DNA of 64,000 bases. It comes from Octopus vulgaris (Eukaryota). Under the pieces are notes generated by a model. That model had not been told where the DNA came from. It ran no database searches and worked only from the letters and a program-made list of their open reading frames with translations. The DNA is taken from NCBI GenBank assembly GCA_951406725.2, contig OX597819.1, forward strand, positions 496,001 to 560,000, written 5' to 3'. The translations under genes and the position numbers were made by a program. Below, piece by piece: positions 58,479-64,000 of this stretch (positions are counted from its first letter, which is position 1; each line of letters starts with the position of its first letter).

Positions 58479-61400
58479 AATACATACAATCATAAAGATA
58501 CAAACATACATATATTTATATGTCTGTACATTAGACATGGCTATATACACACACACTTGCTTATGCATATACATATATACATACATACACTTATAAGTGC
58601 AAGAAAATAACAGCTCAACAGGTGTGTCTTCCACTAGAGCCTCAGACTGACCGAAGCCATCTGAGTGGATCGAGCAGGCAGAAACTGAAAGAAGTCCATC
58701 TGTATACACACTAGCAAAATGTATCACAGCACTGCTTGGGTGTTATGATCTACAGCCTCATTGTATTATGTGTCCCTTTCTTATGGGAGGAAACAGTACA
58801 GCTGATATATCGTGAACTGGATTACTGGCGTAATGGAAGTTATTGCTTGTTTAGAAATGAAGGTGGGAGGAGGGTACAATTTGCATGAAAGTGCTTTCTG
58901 TTCTTAAGAAGAATCACAAACTATGTACGTCTGCATTACTTATGGGATCATCATCATCATCATCATCATTTAACGTCCGCTTTCCATGCTAGCATGGGTT
59001 GGACGGTTCAACTGGGGTCTGGGGAGCCCGAAGGCTGCACCAGGCCAGTCAGATCTGGCAGTGTTTCAACAGCTGGATGCCCTTCCTAACGCCAACCACT
59101 CCGAGAGTGTAGTGGGTGATTTTATGTGCCACCGACACAGGTGCCAGACGAGGCTAGTAGACGACCACGCTCGGATGGTGTTTTTATGTGCCACCGACAC
59201 AGGTGCCAGACAAGGCTAGCAGACGACCACGCTCGGATGGTGTTTTTTTATGTGCCACCGACACAGGTGCCAGACGAGGCTGGCGAACGGCCACGCTCGG
59301 ATGGTGTTTTTATGTGCCACCGACACAGGAGCCAGATTAGGCTGGCGATCCGCCACGATTGGATGGTGATTGTTATGTGCCCACAGCATGGAGGCCAGTT
59401 GGTGCGGTACTGGCTACGGCCACGTTCGGATGGTTTTCTTGTGTGCCACCGGCACTGGTACCACAAAGATACAAATTCCATTGATGTTCATCTATTTTGA
59501 TTTTGTTTGATTTTCACTTGCCTCAACAGGTCTTCACAAGTGTCACAAGAAGGAAGGTATGCACAGGTGGACTGACTACGTCCCAGGTAGGGGCCACGGG
59601 TTATAGCCTGACTAGTCTTGCCGGGTCTTCTCACGCACAGCATACTTCCATAGGTCTCGGTCTCTAGTCATTTCCTTGGTGAGACCTAAAGTTCGTAGGT
59701 CGTGCTTCACCACTTCGTCCCAGGTTTTCCTGGGTCTACCTCTTCCACAGGTTCCCTCAACTGCTAGGGTGTAGCACTTTTGCACACAACTATCTTCAGC
59801 CATTCTCGTCATATGACCATACCAGCGCAGCCGTCTCTCTTGCACACCACAACTGACGCTTCTTAGGTTCAACTTTTCTCTCAAGGTACTTACACTCTGA
59901 CGATTATGAACACTGACATTACACATCCATCGGAGCATACTGGCTTCATTTCTTGTGAGCTTACGCATATCCTCAGCAGTCACGGCCCATGTTTCACTAC
60001 CATGTAGCATGGCTGTACGTACACATGCATCATAAAGTCTGCCTTTTACTCTGAGCGAGAGGCCTTTTGTCACCAGCAGGGGTAAGAGCTCTCTAAACTT
60101 TGCCCAGGCTATTCTTACTCTAGCAGTTACACTTTCAGCACACCCACCCCCGCTACTAACTTGGTCTCCTAGGTAGCGGAAACTATCAACTACTTCTAGT
60201 TTGTCTCCCTGGAACGTGGTAGAAGTTGGTCTCTGCACATTTCCAGTGTTTATTTCTCCTGAGCATCTGCCACATACGAAAACTATCTTCCCAGTTAGCC
60301 TACCTTTGACATTGCTGCACCTCTTATGTGTCCATAGCTTACACTTGGTGCACCTTATAGAGTTTCTACCTACACCTTTTTTACAGATCGAGCAGGGCCA
60401 TCTACCTGAAGTCGTTTGTGGTTGGTCCACCTTCCTACTTATTAGGACTTTGGTTTTGGCTAGGTTGATTCTAAGGCCCTTCGATTCTAATCCTTGTTTC
60501 CACACCTGAAACTTCTCCTCCAGTTCTGATAGTGACTCAGCAATTAGAGCAAGGTCATCAGCATAGAGGAGCTCCCAGGGGCATCCTGTCTTAAATTCTT
60601 CCGTTATTGCCTGGAGGACTATGATAAATAGGAGGGGGCTGAGGACTGAACCTTGGTGGACCCCAACCTCTACCCGGAATTCTTCACTGTACTCGTTGGG
60701 ATGACCCAATATATATATATATATATAGATAGATACAGGGGTTGGACAAAATAATAGAAACACCTTAAAATTTCAAACAAATTATTTAAAGTAATTACAG
60801 CTTGAATTTCATGAGGTATGGACTCATACAGAGTTTGAATTGTTTCCAAAGGACTTTTTGTCCATTCTTCAGCTAAAACACTCTCCAGTTCTTGTAGTGA
60901 TGATGGTGGAGGATATTGACTCCTTACTTGTTTTTCTAAACTGCGCCATAAATGTTCAATAATATTGAGCTCTGGGGACTATGGTGGCCAGATAAGATGT
61001 TCCACTTCACTAGAATGTTCCTTGTGCCATTCAGTAACAACTTTAGCTGTGTGAATTGGTGCATTATCATCCTGAAAGATTGCATTTCCCTCCAGAAACA
61101 GTTCTGCAACCATAGGATGCATTTGATCAGATAAAATGCTTAAATAGTCTTGACTATTAATTCTGCCATGAAGGGAAACCATTGGGCCAGCAGATTTCCA
61201 AGATATGCCCCCCCCCACCATTACAGATCCTCCTCCATGTTTAACAGAAGGAATTCTGGGTCAAATGCTTCTTTTGGCTGTCTCTACACGTATACTCAGC
61301 CAGTGGTTGGAAATAAGGTAAAAGATGTCTCATCCGAGAAAATAACATTCTTCCACTACAATAGGCACCAATTTGGTAGGTTTTTACTCCACTCTAAACA

Positions 61401-62978
61401 CTTTGCAATGTTTGTTTTTGAAAGTAGGGGTTTTCTGATTGCAGCTCTTCCGTGAAATCTGGCTTTGTGCAGCTCCTGGCAAACAGTTTTGGTGGAAACT
61501 GGGTTCTCAAAGTGGTCATTAAGCTCTGCAGTACTTTTAGGAGCTGTATTTTTGTGATCCTTTCTAACAATTCACGTAAGAGTCTGACAGTCCCTATCTG
61601 AAAGTTTTGGTTTTCTTCCAGTGTTTTGTTTCAACAAAGTTTTTCCCTCCTTCTCAAAGGCTGTCATTACTTTCGAGACAGTACTTCTTGATACACCATA
61701 CATTTTGGCTGCTTTTGTTATGCTAGCGCCTGCCATACGAGCACCAACAATTTGACCTCTTTGAAAGCCAATAGATCTGTCATTTTAATAAATTTTTAAT
61801 TACCTTTTTCTGATGATATTTGAAAAGAAACAGTAATTTTAGCAAAACATACTAAACAACACTAATAATAAATCAAAAAACAAAAATAAACAAGCTTTTG
61901 TCGGTTTTATAGATATTTCAAAATTATGATGCTAGGTGTTTCCATTATTTTTTCGAACCCCTGTAGATGATAAGTAGCTTTCTTTATTATAGTAGAGATG
62001 TGAATAATTCGGAGAAACATTACTTTCATTATTCACACATCGTCACTCTCGTAATGCAACACTTTGTCATTTTGGTTGAAATTGAAAGTGTGAAACTATT
62101 TTCACTTTCTAATGAAACCTGGTCATTGTAGAGTAATGCTTTTCAAATAACTAAAGCTGATTGTTGAGAAAACATAAAAAATATGTAAATGAAAATAAAG
62201 TTTATTTGATAGCCAAACAATTACTGAATCTTTTGATACTTCATATACCAAAATCGGCAACTCAGTTTCTGAATGCATGAGGAACATATGCTCACACACA
62301 AACTTTCTTTTATAGATATATTGTTGCTATTATGCAAAAAAAGTTGTAAGTCCAAAACGTTGCTTTTTCAGAAATTGAAAAAATAGTTTCACCATTCCAT
62401 AGCAAAACCAGTCATCGTACTACACTTTGACAAGTTTTGATATCTTGGCATCTGAAGAGCTGGAGATGCAATAGTTTGACCAAAAGAACCAGCTATTGCA
62501 AGCAAAAATAAATACTTGGGGAAAAAAAAAAGAGAGAAACCCGCATTTGGTCAAGTTTAGACATATGACAGTTTAACATAATAGCAATGATATATATACG
62601 TATATGTATGTATGTGTCTCTGTGTTTATGCTGAGTCTTGACAATTGTTGGTTATCTACATATCTCTAACTTATTGGACTGGCAAAAGACACTGATAGAA
62701 TTAGTGCCAAACTTAGAAAATAAGTAGAGGGGAGTTGACTTGCTTGACTAAACTCTTCACGAAGGTCGCCCAGCATGGCTGCAGTTCAATGACTGAAACA
62801 AGTAAAAGGTAAAGAATAAGTTGCAAAAGAAGAAAAAAGGTGAGATTTACCTCTAACAGGTCAATCATACGTGTCATTTGTGAATATATCAATACTCGAT
62901 GACCGTCTTTCTTTAATCTGTGTAACAATGAATCCAATACAGTAAGCTTGCCAGCATCTGTCACCAATGTTTCTTTGT
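46029..62978 (-). CDS. INO80: INO80 chromatin-remodelling ATPase, 3' part (helicase C-terminal domain and tail), 9 exons; 5' part lies beyond the window
   Basis: complement(join(46029..46114,48027..48224,49043..49151,50553..50666,51877..51959,54651..54753,55730..55888,57161..57328,62851..62978)). [20 protein letters not shown]...[19 protein letters not shown]...[43 protein letters not shown] is INO80-type. Phases are consistent. Confidence 0.96.
46280..46552. repeat. Fold-back inverted repeat, 108-bp arms, 57-nt spacer
   Basis: 46280-46387 vs 46445-46552, 4 mismatches. Confidence 0.92.
46400..47000 (-). mobile_element. Old RTE LINE RT fragment
   Basis: [19 protein letters not shown] and [16 protein letters not shown]...IIILQAIT; the latter aligns to the young RTE RT in this window. 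Confidence 0.75.
47590..47915 (+). mobile_element. tRNA-derived SINE with RTE-type (GAT)n tail
   Basis: Head GGCACAGGCATGGCTGTGTAG..., tail ...CCCATGCAAG...AAATGATGATGGTGATGAT. Confidence 0.6.
48027..48224 (-). CDS. INO80: INO80 exon (198 nt) with [10 protein letters not shown] and AAYAAYGYN
   Basis: TTTCAG acceptor, GTCAGA donor; motifs match the vertebrate INO80 tail as recalled. Confidence 0.9.
49043..49151 (-). CDS. INO80: INO80 exon (109 nt)
   Basis: [29 protein letters not shown]; TTACAG acceptor, GTAAGT donor. Confidence 0.85.
49560..50090 (+). mobile_element. Decayed RTE LINE C-terminus and tail
   Basis: RRLHWFGQV...[12 protein letters not shown] aligns to RRLRWYGHM...[13 protein letters not shown] of the young RTE. 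Confidence 0.75.
50553..50666 (-). CDS. INO80: INO80 exon (114 nt)
   Basis: [38 protein letters not shown]; TTACAG acceptor, GTCAGT donor. Confidence 0.85.
50772..50815. repeat. 44-bp palindrome with 2 mismatches
   Basis: ACTTGGGTATCATACCAGCATA|TATGTTGGTATGATACCTAAGT. Confidence 0.9.
51877..51959 (-). CDS. INO80: INO80 exon (83 nt; basic NLS-like KERKRKREK)
   Basis: [28 protein letters not shown]; TTTCAG acceptor, GTGAAC donor. Confidence 0.92.
52035..52701 (-). mobile_element. Helentron/HINE (DINE-1-like) non-autonomous element
   Basis: Terminal palindrome TACCTCCGC-TTTCGCTAAG-GCGGAGGTA at 52672-52699; related CCCCGCCAAGG near the other end; AACAAGAGC terminus in an A/T site. Confidence 0.6.
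53385..53960 (-). mobile_element. Possible Crypton-like (tyrosine recombinase) element remnant with two hairpin repeats
   Basis: ~68-bp self-complementary repeats at 53506-53571 and 53839-53906. Minus-strand [10 protein letters not shown] and [11 protein letters not shown] resemble YR motifs; GATTGGTC near the left end. Confidence 0.35.
54651..54753 (-). CDS. INO80: INO80 exon (103 nt)
   Basis: [34 protein letters not shown]; TGTAG acceptor, GTAAGC donor. Confidence 0.96.
55064..55640. repeat. Fold-back inverted repeat, 255-bp arms, 67-nt spacer
   Basis: 55064-55318 vs 55386-55640, 4 mismatches. Confidence 0.95.
55730..55888 (-). CDS. INO80: INO80 exon (159 nt; helicase motif VI)
   Basis: [53 protein letters not shown]; TTCAG acceptor, GTGAGT donor. 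Confidence 0.98.
56835..57040 (-). mobile_element. tRNA-derived SINE (Nin-domain-like)
   Basis: Minus strand GAGTTCAAATTCC...GGTCAGCTTTGCCCTTTGTCCTTTCGGGGTC...AAGTACCAG; similar copies near 14250-14375 and 63770-63960. Confidence 0.65.
57161..57328 (-). CDS. INO80: INO80 exon (168 nt; helicase motif V)
   Basis: [56 protein letters not shown]; (CT)n-TTCAG acceptor, GTAAGT donor. Confidence 0.98.
58947..60698 (-). mobile_element. Young 5'-truncated RTE-clade LINE; open RT/C-terminal frame (60698-59612) with a Cys/His finger, and 3'UTR with (GAT)n tail
   Basis: [28 protein letters not shown]...[12 protein letters not shown]...CGRC and RRLRWYGH...GRGRPRKTW; no stop in ~360 codons. Confidence 0.95.
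59124..59460. repeat. Tandem array of 62-66 bp units in the RTE 3'UTR (5 units plus a partial)
   Basis: Units start (A/G)TGTGCC at 59124, 59186, 59250, 59312, 59375 and 59441. Confidence 0.92.
60736..61963 (-). mobile_element. Tc1-like transposon, 1228 bp, both TIRs present, TA TSD, decayed DD36E transposase
   Basis: TA-CAGGGGTTGGACAAAATAATAGAAACACC ... GGTGTTTCCATTATTTTTTCGAACCCCTG-TA; ATG at 61783; FQDDNAPIH...[14 protein letters not shown]. Confidence 0.92.
62851..62978 (-). CDS. INO80: INO80 exon (128 nt; helicase motif IV)
   Basis: [43 protein letters not shown]; TTTTAG acceptor, GTAAAT donor. Confidence 0.97.
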
Positions 62979-63708
62979 CTAAAATACAAACATAAAATAG
63001 TTAAAGCAACAAAGTAATGAATCTGAACAAGAATTTAAATTTTCTCTAAAACTGCCCTGTCAGTTAATTAAACACTTTATTAGTTGAAAAAATTTTTCCA
63101 AATGATATTTGCTACAAGGGTGACATTACAGTGGGATTTAAGTAAAACTGGTTTTGAAAAATGGGCATGGGAAAAAAGCAGTTTTCATACTGTTATTTTC
63201 CATGTGTGTTAACTGCAAAGGGACGCTCCAATTGAAAGACAGTTGCTATTTCAAGAGCAACTGTCAAAAGCAGTTATCCTCTTCCAGCTGTGATCTTTAT
63301 CCTGCAGGCAAATACTGAGAGTAGCCCCATTCACACCACCCTTGTCCACCATTCAGTAAATTCACTGAAAGGTTACATCTTTTGGAACATGAAATTCATG
63401 AAGGTTTAGCCAGTGTAGAAAATGTTTGTCCCATCTTTTCAATTTTGTTCTCCAAACAATGTCTTTTTCCATACCAACAAAACAAAAGGAAATCTACCTA
63501 CTCTTCCCAGCCAAAAGTAGACAGTGGGACAATCTTTATAGTGGACTCAGTTGATATCTACAACTGTCTTATATATGACAACTGTTGTTCAACATAAGCC
63601 CACAAGTGAGCAATGCTTGGTCATACAACAGCTGTATGTATATTAGTTTCATCACTCTGCATGTTCATAACACAAGCCCAAGTAACAGTGCGGCTACCAC
63701 CGCCACCA

Positions 63709-63758
<50 letters not shown>
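63709..63758. repeat. (AAT)n microsatellite
   Basis: Seen directly; source of the poly-N and poly-I ORFs. Confidence 0.97.
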
Positions 63759-63760
<2 letters not shown>

Positions 63761-64000
63761 TAGTCTCTAATTTAGACAAAAGGTTGGTAATTTTCAAGGA
63801 AGAGGGCAAGTCAATACCATCAACACTTGACTGCTACCTTATTTTATCTCTGCCAAAAGAATGAAAGGAAAAGTTGACCCAATCAGATTTGAACTCTGAG
63901 CCCGACCAAAAACAGCAAGGAAGTTTTTCCAATGTTCTAATGACCCTGTCAGCTTCCTACCTTTCATAATAATAATGGCATCTGAGTTTTACAAACAAGG

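Noticed and set aside
58705-58930. Helitron 3' end (CTAG plus hairpin) on the minus strand
   Set aside because: The hairpin is degenerate and no matching 5' end was found; too weak to list.
59124-59460. CRISPR-like regularly spaced repeats
   Set aside because: Whole units repeat with no unique spacers; eukaryotic LINE 3'UTR; no cas genes.
63382-63864. Further INO80 exon or ORFs near the window end
   Set aside because: No in-phase exon with INO80 similarity; the ORFs come from (AAT)n and SINE sequence.

Overview
AT-rich, transposon-dense animal genomic DNA. The SINE, RTE and CR1 repeat families and the microsatellites point to an octopus-like coleoid cephalopod; this is an inference from repeat content. 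Two spliced host genes lie tail to tail. On the + strand is a complete mevalonate kinase gene (MVK; 9 coding exons, 8403-27609, 393 aa, all GT-AG, frame verified across junctions). On the - strand is the 3' half of the chromatin remodeller INO80 (9 exons, 62978-46029), probably with a ~3.9 kb 3'UTR. A 10.1 kb near-identical direct duplication (23452-33566 / 33667-43777) flanks a 100-N scaffold gap and repeats MVK exons 8-9; it is most likely an unmerged contig overlap. Introns and intergenic DNA carry CR1 and RTE LINEs, Tc1/mariner, hAT and Helitron/Helentron-type DNA elements, tRNA-derived SINEs, and probable Gypsy, Penelope and Crypton remnants. I see no clearly new multi-gene system. The best leads are Penelope-type hammerhead ribozyme motifs in MVK introns, a recurring set of near-perfect intronic fold-back inversions (possible dsRNA/ADAR substrates), and an AT-hook plus AYAAYGY motif in the INO80 tail. 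All coordinates and alignments were read by eye and no database search was run.
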